DNA of 64,000 bases from an uncultured Campylobacterales bacterium (GTDB lineage Bacteria > Campylobacterota > Campylobacteria > Campylobacterales > QNZT01): the NCBI GenBank assembly GCA_964560425.1, contig CAZLLE010000017.1, positions 9,084-73,083 of the forward strand, given 5' to 3'. Position 1 is the stretch's first letter; each line of letters opens with the position of its first letter. Made by a program: the position numbers and the translations under genes. Below the pieces are notes generated by a model. That model was not told the DNA's origin. It was given only the letters and a program-made list of their open reading frames with translations, and searched no databases. Shown in pieces: positions 10,424 to 20,995 of the stretch.

Positions 10424-11902
10424 TTATATAAGAGGTTCATCCATCTCGGATGGGATCTCTAAATTCATCAACTTTAATACAGTTGGTGCAATATTATTTA
10501 ATCCACCATTTTTGACTGTTTTAACCTTATCACTCATAACAAAACAGAAAACATCATAAGTAGTATGATTTGTCAAAGTTTTTCCCTCTGGAGTTTTCAT
10601 CTCTTCACAATTACCATGATCACTTGTAATAATTAGATTGTATCCTTTCTCTTTTGCTAATTCAATAATTTGTCCCAACTCATAATCCACTGCCTCAACA
10701 GCTTTTACCCCTGCTTCAAAATCTCCCGTATGTCCTACCATATCACCATTTGCAAAGTTTACAACAATAAAATCATACTCACTTTTCATAGCTTTTCTTA
10801 CATTTTCACCCACTTCTGGTGCACTCATTTGAGGTTTTAGATCATAAGTTTTTACATCTGGACTAGGTACTAATACTCTTGTCTCATTCAAAAATGGTTC
10901 CTCTACTCCACCATTAAAAAAGAAGGTTACATGAGCATATTTTTCTGTTTCTGAAGTATGTAGTTGATTTAGAGAGGCTCTGCTTATCACCTCAGCCAAT
11001 GTATTTTTTGGGAGGGAATCTCTAAAAATTACAGGATATGGAAAATCTTTATTATATACCGTCATAGTAGCAATATTTAGATCTAGTTTTGGTTTTGTAA
11101 ACTCATTAAAATCACTATTTCCAATAGCATCTACCATTTCACGCATTCTATCACTTCTAAAATTGGCAAATATTATACCATCACCATTTTCAAATCCACT
11201 ATAATCACCAAAAGAGGTTGGTTCCAAAAACTCATCTGTAACATCTTTTTCATATTGAGAAGAGATATAATCTTTTGGACTTAATTTGATGTCTGGTTTT
11301 GCCTCTACAATAGCTCTATATCCCCTCTCAACCCTATCCCATCTAGTATCTCTATCCATACTATAAAAACGACCACTAATTGTTGCTATGGAGATATTTT
11401 GATCTAAATTATCTTCAATTTGTGAAATATACTCTATTGCTGATCTAGGATCAACATCTCTTCCATCTGTAATGAGATGTAATAAAACTTTTTTACCACT
11501 TTTAGAGGCTATTTTGGAGAGTGCTATAATATGTTCAATATGAGAGTGAACACCACCATCACTTAAAAGACCAACTATATGGATATTATTACTATTAGAG
11601 AGAATATTTTTAATCACTTCATTTTGGGCTAAACTTTCATCTTCTATAGCTTTAGATATTTTCACTAAATTTTGATAAAGCACTCTCCCACTCCCAATAG
11701 ACATATGACCAACTTCACTATTACCCATTTGTCCTTCGGGAAGTCCCACTGCTAATCCTGAAGTCTTTACCAAAGAGTTTGGTACATTTTCAAAAAGATA
11801 ATCATATGCTGGCTTTTTTGCTTGACAAAATGCATTATCATCACAACTCGATCTATACCCAATCCCATCAGTAATTACCAATAATACCCTATTATTCTCC
11901 AT
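10424..11902 (-). CDS. gpmI: 2,3-bisphosphoglycerate-independent phosphoglycerate mutase
   Basis: GNSEVGHMSIGSGR and SDGGVHSH motifs, and ITSDHGN near the C-terminus. The start at 11902 has a strong AGGAGG ribosome-binding site. Confidence 0.92.
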   Translation of the reverse strand: MENNRVLLVITDGIGYRSSCDDNAFCQAKKPAYDYLFENVPNSLVKTSGLAVGLPEGQMGNSEVGHMSIGSGRVLYQNLVKISKAIEDESLAQNEVIKNILSNSNNIHIVGLLSDGGVHSHIEHIIALSKIASKSGKKVLLHLITDGRDVDPRSAIEYISQIEDNLDQNISIATISGRFYSMDRDTRWDRVERGYRAIVEAKPDIKLSPKDYISSQYEKDVTDEFLEPTSFGDYSGFENGDGIIFANFRSDRMREMVDAIGNSDFNEFTKPKLDLNIATMTVYNKDFPYPVIFRDSLPKNTLAEVISRASLNQLHTSETEKYAHVTFFFNGGVEEPFLNETRVLVPSPDVKTYDLKPQMSAPEVGENVRKAMKSEYDFIVVNFANGDMVGHTGDFEAGVKAVEAVDYELGQIIELAKEKGYNLIITSDHGNCEEMKTPEGKTLTNHTTYDVFCFVMSDKVKTVKNGGLNNIAPTVLKLMNLEIPSEMDEPLI

Positions 11903-12005
11903 CTTTCCTCCTGTTATTATTAGGTGCAAAATATAATATATATTATTAGAATTTACTTAAGACAAATTGTACTAGAATGTGATTTTCAATTTTTTAAGGA
12001 TTTCA

Positions 12006-13067
12006 ATGCTTTATCTCTTATATCAATATCTAGATATAAATATTTTACAATATATTACCGTTCGTGCTGGAATCTCATTTTTCATATCTCTAGGACTTAC
12101 ACTCTTTGTTATGCCATATTTTATCAAATGGGCAAAAACAAAAAATGCCTCTCAACCAATCTATGATCTAGCACCTTCATCTCACAAAGAGAAAGCAAAA
12201 ACACCAACAATGGGTGGAATAGTTTTTTTGGGAGCTTCACTTGTAGCAACGCTATTAACAATTAAAATTACCAACTTTTTTGCTCTAGGTGCAATTGCCA
12301 CGATTATACTTTTTGCCATTATTGGAATTAAAGATGATCTATCAAAGATATTTAATAAAAGCAACCAAGCAGGTCTATCTCCAAAATCAAAATTTATTAT
12401 GCAACTATTTGCATCGGGAGCAATTGCTCTTTATTTATATATTGGAAACTTTACAACACAGCTTTATATACCATTTTATAAATTTCCTCTCTTTGATATG
12501 CAATTTTTTGCTGTGCTATTTTGGATTTTTGTATTTATCGCAACAAGTAATGCTGTAAATCTTACTGATGGACTTGATGGACTAGCTACAGTACCATCAA
12601 TATTTTCAATTATGTCACTAAGTGTATTTGTCTATATTATGGGACATTCAATATTAAGTGACTATCTACTACTACCAAATATTAAAGATATTGGTGAAGT
12701 TTCTATTGTAGCTGCAGCATTAATTGGCTCTCTTATAGGTTTTTTATGGCACAATTGTCATCCCGCAGAGATATTTATGGGTGATAGTGGTAGTTTAAGC
12801 TTAGGCGGATTCATAGCCTACATGGCTATCATTACAAAAAATGAGTTTCTTTTAGTGGCTATTGGATTTGTTTTTGTTTTGGAAACCGTATCTGTAATTT
12901 TACAAGTAGGGAGTTACAAAACAAGGAAAAAAAGAGTTTTTCACATGGCACCAATCCATCACCACTTTGAGTTAAAAGGTTGGGCAGAAAACAAAATCAT
13001 TGTAAGATTTTGGATTATGGCTCTTATTTCAAATTTATTGGCACTAATAACACTAAAGATTCGATGA
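12006..13067 (+). CDS. mraY: phospho-N-acetylmuramoyl-pentapeptide transferase
   Basis: Ten-TM profile with the [13 protein letters not shown] and [11 protein letters not shown] motifs. The start at 12006 has a TAAGGA ribosome-binding site. Confidence 0.92.
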   Translation: MLYLLYQYLDINILQYITVRAGISFFISLGLTLFVMPYFIKWAKTKNASQPIYDLAPSSHKEKAKTPTMGGIVFLGASLVATLLTIKITNFFALGAIATIILFAIIGIKDDLSKIFNKSNQAGLSPKSKFIMQLFASGAIALYLYIGNFTTQLYIPFYKFPLFDMQFFAVLFWIFVFIATSNAVNLTDGLDGLATVPSIFSIMSLSVFVYIMGHSILSDYLLLPNIKDIGEVSIVAAALIGSLIGFLWHNCHPAEIFMGDSGSLSLGGFIAYMAIITKNEFLLVAIGFVFVLETVSVILQVGSYKTRKKRVFHMAPIHHHFELKGWAENKIIVRFWIMALISNLLALITLKIR

Positions 13068-14266
13068 TGACACTATTTGGTTACGGAAAAACAACAAGGG
13101 CAATTGCACAAAAATTTCATAATTGCAAGATTTATGATGATAGTTTTACAGAAGTTACAAAGGATGCTTTTGGAAATGAACTCATTCCGAGTAAATTATT
13201 TGACCCGGACAAAAGTGGACTAGAGGTAACTAGTCCCGGTATTCCCCCCTCAAATCCACTAATAAAAAAAGCACAAAATTTAATTAGCGAGTATGATCTA
13301 TTTGCAGATGCAATGCCATACTCTATATGGGTAAGTGGAACAAATGGTAAAACAACAACAACAGAGATGATACAATCACTCCTATCTAAACGAGGGAGTA
13401 TAGAGGGTGGAAACATTGGTACACCCTTGGCACTACTAAGCAAAGAGGCTCCAATTTGGGTATTAGAGACAAGCTCTTTTAGTCTACACTATACAAATAA
13501 AGCTGCACCAGACATGTATGTACTTTTACCTATCTCCCCAGATCATATTAGTTGGCATGGAAGCTATGAAGCATATGAAAAAGCAAAACTAAAACCACTT
13601 GATACAATGTGGGAGGGTGAAATTGCAATTATCCCAGAAAAATACAAAGATTATCCAACTGAAGCAATGAAAATAACATACAGTTCAGCTCAAGATCTAG
13701 CAGACTATTTCAAACTAGACATAAACAAAATCAAATTTAAAGAGCCATTCCTAACAGATGCACTTGTAGCAATGGGTGTAAATAAAATTTTATATGATGA
13801 AGTTGATTATGATGCTATAAATAGCTTTGTAATAGGGAAACATAGATTAGAAGAGATACTTGATAAAAAACATCGTCTATGGGTAAATGACTCAAAAGCA
13901 ACAAATGCCGATGCTTCTATCGCTGCACTCAAAAACTATAAAGATAAAAAAATAAATCTTATATTGGGTGGTGATGATAAAAAAGCAGATTTAGCACCAC
14001 TATTTGAACTACTCAAAGATTTAAATGTTGAAATTTTTGCTATTGGATCAAATACAGAAAAAATTGTTGAACTATCTAATAAAATTCACAAAAAAGTACA
14101 TGCATGTGATATTCTCAATATTGCTGTAGAAAAAATCAATGTTATACATACAGATAAAGATGTAGCAATACTCTCTCCTGCTGCTGCTAGTTTGGATCAA
14201 TTTACCTCTTATGAACATAGAGGAGAAGATTTTATTGAAGCAATAAAAAACCTAAGCATAGCTTAA
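13064..14266 (+). CDS. murD: UDP-N-acetylmuramoylalanine--D-glutamate ligase
   Basis: [12 protein letters not shown]-loop and a Mur ligase layout. The ATG at 13064 overlaps the mraY stop (ATGA). Confidence 0.9.
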   Translation: MMTLFGYGKTTRAIAQKFHNCKIYDDSFTEVTKDAFGNELIPSKLFDPDKSGLEVTSPGIPPSNPLIKKAQNLISEYDLFADAMPYSIWVSGTNGKTTTTEMIQSLLSKRGSIEGGNIGTPLALLSKEAPIWVLETSSFSLHYTNKAAPDMYVLLPISPDHISWHGSYEAYEKAKLKPLDTMWEGEIAIIPEKYKDYPTEAMKITYSSAQDLADYFKLDINKIKFKEPFLTDALVAMGVNKILYDEVDYDAINSFVIGKHRLEEILDKKHRLWVNDSKATNADASIAALKNYKDKKINLILGGDDKKADLAPLFELLKDLNVEIFAIGSNTEKIVELSNKIHKKVHACDILNIAVEKINVIHTDKDVAILSPAAASLDQFTSYEHRGEDFIEAIKNLSIA

Positions 14267-14276
14267 GGTTTTTTTT
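14251..14276 (+). terminator. intrinsic terminator after murD
   Basis: cctaagc-ata-gcttaagg hairpin (one bulge) overlapping the stop codon, followed by T8. Confidence 0.6.
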
Positions 14277-14306
14277 GTATAATTACAACCTCTTAAAATA
14301 GAGAAA

Positions 14307-14382
14307 GGCTGGATAGCTCAGTCGGTAGAGCAGGTGACTGAAAATCACCGTGTCGGCGGTTCGATTCCGTCTCCAGCCACCA
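14307..14382 (+). tRNA. tRNA-Phe (anticodon GAA)
   Basis: Folded by hand. Acceptor GGCTGGA/TCCAGCC, anticodon stem GGTGA/TCACC with loop CTGAAAA, T-loop GGTTCGATTCC, encoded CCA. Confidence 0.95.
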
Positions 14383-14488
14383 CCTTTTTCTTTTATTAAA
14401 CTTCATTTAAAATAAACAATTAAAACAAAATTACATTCATAATAATAGTAAAAATAGCTATAATTTTCCTTTTTTTCAAAGGTATAAA

Positions 14489-15079
14489 ATGAAATATATT
14501 TGGCTATCTATCTATTTTATTGTTTTAGTATGGTCAGGCATACACCCAAAAGATTATTTTACTTGGTTTCTTGAAGTGGCTCCTGCACTTATTGGGCTTG
14601 GGGTCATGATATATAGTTATAGATCTTTTCCTCTTACTCCTCTTGTATATACTCTAATATTAATTCACTCTATTATATTAATGGTTGGTGGACACTATAC
14701 CTATGCAGAAGTTCCTCTTTTTGACTGGATCAAAGATAGTTTTGATTTGGCTAGAAATAATTATGATAAAGTTGGACATTTTGCTCAAGGATTTATTCCT
14801 GCTATGATTACTAGAGAGATTGTTATACGAAAATCGGTTATTAATGGTTCAGGTTGGAGAAACTTTTTTATAGTCTGCTTTGTATTAGCCTTTAGTGCAT
14901 TTTATGAGCTTATTGAGTGGTGGGTAGCAATCTTTTCAGATCAAGGAGCAGAGGCATTTTTGGGTACTCAAGGCTATATTTGGGATACACAATCAGATAT
15001 GTTTTGGGCATTATGTGGAGCAATAATAGCTCTTTTATTACTTAGTAAATATCACGATAGAGAGCTTGAAAAACTATAA
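14489..15079 (+). CDS. DUF2238 (YjdF-like) inner-membrane protein
   Basis: Multi-TM protein with conserved blocks GGHYTYAEVP, RNNYDKVGHF, YELIEWW and FLGTQGYIWDTQSDM. It is a paralog of the gene at 35370-35963. Confidence 0.7.
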   Translation: MKYIWLSIYFIVLVWSGIHPKDYFTWFLEVAPALIGLGVMIYSYRSFPLTPLVYTLILIHSIILMVGGHYTYAEVPLFDWIKDSFDLARNNYDKVGHFAQGFIPAMITREIVIRKSVINGSGWRNFFIVCFVLAFSAFYELIEWWVAIFSDQGAEAFLGTQGYIWDTQSDMFWALCGAIIALLLLSKYHDRELEKL

Positions 15080-15097
15080 AATAGGATAAAAATAATC

Positions 15098-15122
15098 CCT
15101 ACCATTATGATATAATGGTAGG
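15098..15122. terminator. bidirectional terminator hairpin
   Basis: Perfect 11-bp stem cctaccattat / ataatggtagg with a 3-nt loop and A/T runs on both sides, between convergent genes. Confidence 0.7.
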
Positions 15123-15138
15123 AAAAATTAGTAGTAAA

Positions 15139-16575
15139 CTACTGTTTAGTCAAAGTGGCAACACTTGTGGTTTCAGTATGTGTTGAAGTACATACACCAC
15201 TATTACATAACTCTAGCACCACTTCTGATAATCCATTTGCTTTCATGTGTGTTGCATCAACAAATGTCAGAGTCAACTCTATTTTATTCTCTTTTACAAC
15301 CATTCCTTGATAGCTACCACCAACAGCTGGAATATTCTGATTTATACCCTTTAACAATATAGAATTACCCCCTGTAGATGTACCCTGCAATATATTAGTA
15401 ATATTATTCATACTATATTGATAAGTAACAATATTTCCAGCTACACCAATATCTACTTTATAATTGGCTGATGAAGGTTTAGTAGTTATTTTTTCACCCA
15501 TAATATTTCCATTCATTTGACTATATGCAGAGACTGTATAGTTATCAGAGACATTCCAAACACCTGATGTAAGATCACTTTCTGGTTGAGTTAGCACAAC
15601 TTCACCTGTATCTGTAATTTCAAATAGAGGGCTTAAATCTGTAATTACTGGTTTTTTTGTAGATGTAATATTATTCTCTTTATTAATTTGATTTAGTGTT
15701 TTATTTTTTGCCTCTCTTTCTGCAAAATCAGCAAAATCTTTTATACCAAATCCATAAGAAGCACAATCAAGTGCAGCTTTTGCCATTTTAACTTTACTCA
15801 ATGTAGCCATTTGAGATAAAGCTGATACACAATCTGATGCCTTTACATGAAGATCAACAGCAATAACAGTCATAGATACAGATTCAACTTTTTTATTACT
15901 CGTCATATCTTTTAAATCTGCTATAGCTGAAGCACTTAATGATGATACACAAATTGCTTTAGTTATAAATGTAGGATCAGGTATAAAACAAGCTGTGAAA
16001 AGAGTTACACCATCACCAATAAAACCTAAAACATCATTTACTTTAAGTTTTCCAAAACCTTCTGTCTTTATTTTATAAAGAAACCCCATAAGCCCCCTCG
16101 CCCTTAATACATCATCCATATTAACAAACTTGACACTCTTAATAAGAGTATTTTTGATATTTATATTATTTTCATCAAATTCACTCAGTATAAAACTATT
16201 ATCTGTATAACTTCCATATTTATAAATCTTTTCACTATTAACTAAAAGTGATGGCAATCCATTTTTATATTCACCATAAAACCACTCACCATCCTCATTT
16301 GTATATAACATACTTTTTAAACTTTCAACTTTTTGAGGATCTGTTTTATCATAATTAAAAGAGAGTTCTATTGAATAATCTTTACCATTACCATCCAAAT
16401 CTCGGGAATGCAAAACTGCTCCAAACGGAACACTATTATCACTCAAAACTTGCAAGACATAAGCCCTATTTTGTGAAGGGTTCTCCTCTTGTTCCACATT
16501 ATTATCATCAGATGCACCACATCCAAAAAATAATAAACCAAATACCATACTTATAACCAAAAATCCAAACCTCAT
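15139..16575 (-). CDS. hypothetical lipoprotein (478 aa)
   Basis: Signal peptide with lipobox LLFFGC. No recognisable catalytic motif. Confidence 0.6.
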   Translation of the reverse strand: MRFGFLVISMVFGLLFFGCGASDDNNVEQEENPSQNRAYVLQVLSDNSVPFGAVLHSRDLDGNGKDYSIELSFNYDKTDPQKVESLKSMLYTNEDGEWFYGEYKNGLPSLLVNSEKIYKYGSYTDNSFILSEFDENNINIKNTLIKSVKFVNMDDVLRARGLMGFLYKIKTEGFGKLKVNDVLGFIGDGVTLFTACFIPDPTFITKAICVSSLSASAIADLKDMTSNKKVESVSMTVIAVDLHVKASDCVSALSQMATLSKVKMAKAALDCASYGFGIKDFADFAEREAKNKTLNQINKENNITSTKKPVITDLSPLFEITDTGEVVLTQPESDLTSGVWNVSDNYTVSAYSQMNGNIMGEKITTKPSSANYKVDIGVAGNIVTYQYSMNNITNILQGTSTGGNSILLKGINQNIPAVGGSYQGMVVKENKIELTLTFVDATHMKANGLSEVVLELCNSGVCTSTHTETTSVATLTKQ

Positions 16576-16698
16576 CTCTATGCTCCTATTATCTTTAAAG
16601 AGTTATTTAAGCACATAATATGCCCTATTTTTACACATTACAAAAACAAGTAAACTTTTGTTATTATTTTTCACTTTATTTTACAAAAGGAGGAGATC

Positions 16699-16884
16699 AT
16701 GATAAGAGGTTGCAAATACTACTTTAGTATGTTTGGTATGATGATTACAAGCATCAATATCACACTACAAAAGTTTTTCAATACCATCATACAACAGCTC
16801 AAAAAATCTATCTATATCAGAATAGATTATACATACGCTCAATCAAAATACATTTTTCAAAAAAATCAGACATATCAAGGATAA
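16699..16884 (+). CDS. possible small leader ORF (61 aa) upstream of the TonB-dependent receptor
   Basis: A very strong AAGGAGGAG Shine-Dalgarno sequence lies 4 nt before the ATG. The stop is 4 nt before the receptor ATG. No family recognised. Confidence 0.35.
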   Translation: MIRGCKYYFSMFGMMITSINITLQKFFNTIIQQLKKSIYIRIDYTYAQSKYIFQKNQTYQG

Positions 16885-16888
16885 TTAC

Positions 16889-18730
16889 ATGAAATATAAA
16901 ATATCAACACTCTTAAGTTTAGCTATTATAAGCCCTCTATTTTCTTCAAATATAGAACTCCAACCAGTTACTATCACAACTGCCACCAAATCTACACAAT
17001 CCATTCAAAACATCACATCAAATGTATCAATTATTACAGCTGATGAGATTCAAGAGAGAGGATACAAAAGTGTAGACAAAGCTCTTAGTGCCATTTCTGG
17101 TATACATCTAACTCGAAATGGAGGATTAGGTGCTAATAGTAAAATAAAATTTAGAGGTATCGGATCAAAAAGAGTTTTGGTTTTGATAGATGGAATCAGA
17201 TATAACAACCCTACATCTGTAAGTGGAGCAGAGCTTTCACATCTCATGATTGATAATATCCAACAAATTGAGATTATCAAAGGGGCTCAATCTGGTATTT
17301 GGGGAGCTGATGCTAGTGCGGGGGTAATTAATATTATTACCAAAAAAGTAACCAAAAATGGAATAAGTGGCTCAATATTTGGTGAATATGGGGAGTTTAA
17401 TACTCTAAAGTATGGATTTAATAGTAGCTACAAACAAGATAAATTTGATATATCTTTGAATACTTCAAGGATCACAACCGATGGCTTTAGTGCCAAAGTA
17501 CCCGATAACTCAAATGTAGATGACTTTGAAGATGATAGTTATGAAAATAGTTCTGCTGATATCAAAGTAGGATTTAATATTGATAAACAAAATAGAGTAG
17601 AAGCATTTTATAATTATATAGACTCTTCTCTTGATTATGATGGATTTAATATTGATCCAATATTAGCAGCAAATGATTCATTATCCAAAGAGGATTCAAA
17701 AGAGCAATTTTATGGAGTATCTTTTAACTCAAATCAATCTTGGGGAGAGGTCAAACTATATGCACAACAATCAAAATTTGAGAGATATTATCCTGCCGAT
17801 TTTACAAAACATTTTGACGGAGAGGTAAAAGAGTATGGAGTAAATAGTGTAATTAATTATAGACAAAATGGCTCTTTAACTCTAGGAATAGATCAAAAAA
17901 GTTTCAAACATGAAAACAGTATTGCACAAAAGTATAATAACCAAGGAGTTTTCCTCACAAATAGCAATACACTTGAGGGGCTTATAGGTGGAAAAACTAT
18001 CTTTTCACAATCTCTAAGATATGATAAATTTGATGATTTTGATAATAAATTTACCTACAAAATCGGAGTAAAACATATACATACAAATATCAAAGATTTT
18101 TGGACATCATTCAATTATGCTACAGGATATAATATCCCTTCATTATATCAACTATATAGCCCATACGGGAACCAAAACCTAAATCCCGAGGAGACAAAAG
18201 GGTTTGATATTAGTGCCAATTATAAAAACTTTGGTATCACATATTTTCAAAATCAAATTGATGAGATGATAAATTTTTATAAAGTAACATCCAAATATAG
18301 TAATATAAAAGGCAAAAGTGATTTTAATGGTATAGAGATAGAGTATAAAAATAGTATTGACTCTTTAGCACTCAAATATAACTTCAACTACACATATCTA
18401 AAAGCAGAAGACCCAAAAGGTAAACAACTCCACCACAGACCAAAAAATAGTGCAAACCTCACACTTGACTACTATGCTATGCAAAATACACATATTGGAG
18501 CATTGATTCAATATGTAGGAGAGAAGAAAAAATCACCTTATGACTCAAACCCAACAGTAGACTACAAAGCATATACGCTTGTAGATTTTATCACCGATTA
18601 TGATATAAATGACCAATTTAATATATATCTAAAAATAGACAATCTACTAGACAAAGATTATAGAGAAGTAACAGGATATGCTACGAGTAAGAGGGCATTT
18701 TATTTTGGATTTAGATACAATCTAAAATGA
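16889..18730 (+). CDS. TonB-dependent outer-membrane receptor, BtuB-size class
   Basis: Signal peptide, plug-domain blocks (ITADEIQERGYKSVDKAL, IRGIGSKRVLVLIDGIR), beta-barrel repeats, and a C-terminal aromatic region (FYFGFRYNLK). Confidence 0.85.
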   Translation: MKYKISTLLSLAIISPLFSSNIELQPVTITTATKSTQSIQNITSNVSIITADEIQERGYKSVDKALSAISGIHLTRNGGLGANSKIKFRGIGSKRVLVLIDGIRYNNPTSVSGAELSHLMIDNIQQIEIIKGAQSGIWGADASAGVINIITKKVTKNGISGSIFGEYGEFNTLKYGFNSSYKQDKFDISLNTSRITTDGFSAKVPDNSNVDDFEDDSYENSSADIKVGFNIDKQNRVEAFYNYIDSSLDYDGFNIDPILAANDSLSKEDSKEQFYGVSFNSNQSWGEVKLYAQQSKFERYYPADFTKHFDGEVKEYGVNSVINYRQNGSLTLGIDQKSFKHENSIAQKYNNQGVFLTNSNTLEGLIGGKTIFSQSLRYDKFDDFDNKFTYKIGVKHIHTNIKDFWTSFNYATGYNIPSLYQLYSPYGNQNLNPEETKGFDISANYKNFGITYFQNQIDEMINFYKVTSKYSNIKGKSDFNGIEIEYKNSIDSLALKYNFNYTYLKAEDPKGKQLHHRPKNSANLTLDYYAMQNTHIGALIQYVGEKKKSPYDSNPTVDYKAYTLVDFITDYDINDQFNIYLKIDNLLDKDYREVTGYATSKRAFYFGFRYNLK

Positions 18731-19563
18731 AAAAAATTATTTTCCTACTATTCACAATAACTTTTTTAGATGCAAGAGAGCGTATAATAGCACTCTCTCC
18801 TGCCATAAATGAGATCATCTTTGCAATTGGCAAAGGTGATCAGATAGTGGGAAATACCACTTATGCTTCCTACCCACAAGAGTCCCAAAATATATATAAA
18901 GTTGGTGGATACTTCTCTGTATCACTTGAAAAAGTAGTATCTCTAAAACCATCACTGATTTTAATGCAAAAAAACAATCTATCTCTAAAACCAAAATTTG
19001 AAAAGCTAGGGATAAAAACAGAGTTTATATCTATCTCATCCCTCCAAGATATAAAAGATAGCATCAAAAAAATTGCCCTACTTCTAAATGAGAAAGAAAA
19101 ATCCAAAAAAATTATAAAAGATATAGATCAAGCTATAAAAAGAACTAAAGGAATATTAGAAAATAAAAAGATTCTAATCGTTTTTGGTAGACAATTTGAT
19201 CTAAAAAAAGAGATTTTTGTAAGTGGGAATGGTATCTATTTTGCTGATATCATCAGATTATCAGGCAATAAAAATGCCTTTAGTGAACAAAGCACAAAAC
19301 AACCTATACTTTCGTATGAAGGAATCATAGCCACAAATCCAGATATTATATATATCTTAGCCCATAACCTAAAAAAAGAGGAAGAGAAAAATCTTATATC
19401 TTCATGGCTGAAACTTCCAATAAATGCAGCAAAAACCAAAACAATATATCTAACAACACAAAAATATGCAGGAATGCCAAGCCAAAGAGTAATAAAATAT
19501 ATAGATGATTTTAGAGAGGTTTTAGAAGATGCTAAAAGTAAATTTACCAAGCTTCAAGATTAA
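18727..19563 (+). CDS. periplasmic binding protein, cobalamin/siderophore (BtuF/FecB-like) ABC component
   Basis: Signal peptide, then RIIALSPAINEIIFAIGKGDQIVG, typical of class III (helical backbone) binding proteins. ATGA overlap with the receptor gene. Confidence 0.8.
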   Translation: MKKIIFLLFTITFLDARERIIALSPAINEIIFAIGKGDQIVGNTTYASYPQESQNIYKVGGYFSVSLEKVVSLKPSLILMQKNNLSLKPKFEKLGIKTEFISISSLQDIKDSIKKIALLLNEKEKSKKIIKDIDQAIKRTKGILENKKILIVFGRQFDLKKEIFVSGNGIYFADIIRLSGNKNAFSEQSTKQPILSYEGIIATNPDIIYILAHNLKKEEEKNLISSWLKLPINAAKTKTIYLTTQKYAGMPSQRVIKYIDDFREVLEDAKSKFTKLQD

Positions 19564-20239
19564 CCAAAAAGAGATTTTAAAAGATATCTCTCTAAATATC
19601 CAAGATAGAGAGAGTTTAACTATTTTGGGTTCAAATGGAGCTGGTAAAAGTACACTAGCGAGAATAGTATGTGGACTCTTACCCACAAAAGAGAGTATCA
19701 AAATTGAAAATAATTTCATAGAAAATATAGATCATAAACAAAGATCAAAACTTATCAACTATATACCACCAAAACTATCTATCTACGATAGCTTTATAAC
19801 AGCAGAAGATTTTTTATCACTAAGCACTCATGAGAGCCAAAATATTCAAAAGATATTAAAATTATTAGAGATAGAACAACACAAAAATAGCTATGCCTCC
19901 ACTCTTAGTAGTGGTGAACAACAACTCTTACTTTTGGCTTCGGCAATAACTCACAATGCAAAACTTACAATATTTGATGAGCCTACAAGCAATCTTGATC
20001 CACAAAAGATAAAAAAGGTTTATGATATTCTCAAAAATCCTACATATCTAAAGGAAAAAATTATTATCACTCATGATCTACAATTTGCATACAAACTCTC
20101 CTTTCCCATTTTCTATATCAACAATGGGGAAGGAGAGTATTTTGAAACTACTAATGATTTTTTCAATAAAAATAATTTAGAAAAAATATTTGATGGAAAT
20201 GTAATCAAAAAAGATGATAATATTGTTATAAAATTATAA
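19529..20239 (+). CDS. ABC transporter ATP-binding protein (BtuD/FecE-like)
   Basis: Walker A GSNGAGKST, signature LSSGEQQ, Walker B LTIFDEPTSNLD. Confidence 0.85.
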   Translation: MLKVNLPSFKINQKEILKDISLNIQDRESLTILGSNGAGKSTLARIVCGLLPTKESIKIENNFIENIDHKQRSKLINYIPPKLSIYDSFITAEDFLSLSTHESQNIQKILKLLEIEQHKNSYASTLSSGEQQLLLLASAITHNAKLTIFDEPTSNLDPQKIKKVYDILKNPTYLKEKIIITHDLQFAYKLSFPIFYINNGEGEYFETTNDFFNKNNLEKIFDGNVIKKDDNIVIKL

Positions 20240-20248
20240 TATTTTTAC

Positions 20249-20995
20249 TCAAAGTCCAAATTCTTCAACTCTATATTTCAAAACTGCTCCATCATCATCC
20301 GCAAAATAGACAAAGCCTCTATTATCAAATGCTATTCCTTCTTGAGCAAATTGTGGTAATTTTTTGCTCCATATAACTTTATCTTTTTTGAGACTATATT
20401 TAATCAAAAGATCTTGTTTGTCACTTACCATATATAGATTACCTTTGTAGATATCCAATCCAGCCACATCAATAAAACCATGATCTATTATATTATCAAT
20501 AGCCAACTTTTTCTTATCTCTACTTTTTAATTTAGCTATTACTGATGAGTGATTTTTTGGCCATTTTTTTGAGGATTGATTAGATAGATAGATATCAGAA
20601 CCATCAATTGTAATACCCTCGATACCATGTTTACCTGATTTAAATATTTTGATACCTCTATATTTTTTTTTCACTCCGATGATTCGTTTGATTTTGAGTG
20701 TTTTTTGATTTAATACAACTATAGAGTTACTCTCTTCATCAACTAAAAATAGCTCTTTGCCATCTTTTGAGCAGGCTACACCTTCAAGATCATATTGACC
20801 TACTCTCTTTTTTTGTAAAATTTTACCATCACGATCAATTTGATAAATAGTTCCTTCATCATTCGCAACAAAAAGAGAATCACTCTTTGGGGCATAACAT
20901 ATTCCTGAAGCTTCAGGGATTTTAGCAATCACAACATCAGCAAAACAGCCACTAAACAGGCTAATAATAGCACTCATACCAAAAATTAATTTCAT
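20249..20995 (-). CDS. secreted beta-propeller-like protein (SdiA-regulated/YjiK-like, tentative)
   Basis: Signal peptide. Recurring xEG(I/V)A(F/C) blocks (ASGICYAP, LEGVACS, IEGITIDG, QEGIAFD) spaced about 50 aa apart. Confidence 0.5.
   Translation of the reverse strand: MKLIFGMSAIISLFSGCFADVVIAKIPEASGICYAPKSDSLFVANDEGTIYQIDRDGKILQKKRVGQYDLEGVACSKDGKELFLVDEESNSIVVLNQKTLKIKRIIGVKKKYRGIKIFKSGKHGIEGITIDGSDIYLSNQSSKKWPKNHSSVIAKLKSRDKKKLAIDNIIDHGFIDVAGLDIYKGNLYMVSDKQDLLIKYSLKKDKVIWSKKLPQFAQEGIAFDNRGFVYFADDDGAVLKYRVEEFGL

Noticed and set aside
14383-16575. Possible second genomic island downstream of tRNA-Phe
   Set aside because: I found no downstream direct repeat of the tRNA-Phe 3' end and no mobility genes. 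The evidence is insufficient.
16576-16888. Expected cobalamin riboswitch upstream of the BtuB-like receptor
   Set aside because: I could not find the conserved B12-box or core segments by eye. The only G/C-rich stretch is the AAGGAGGAG tract. A covariance-model scan would still be needed to exclude a divergent element.
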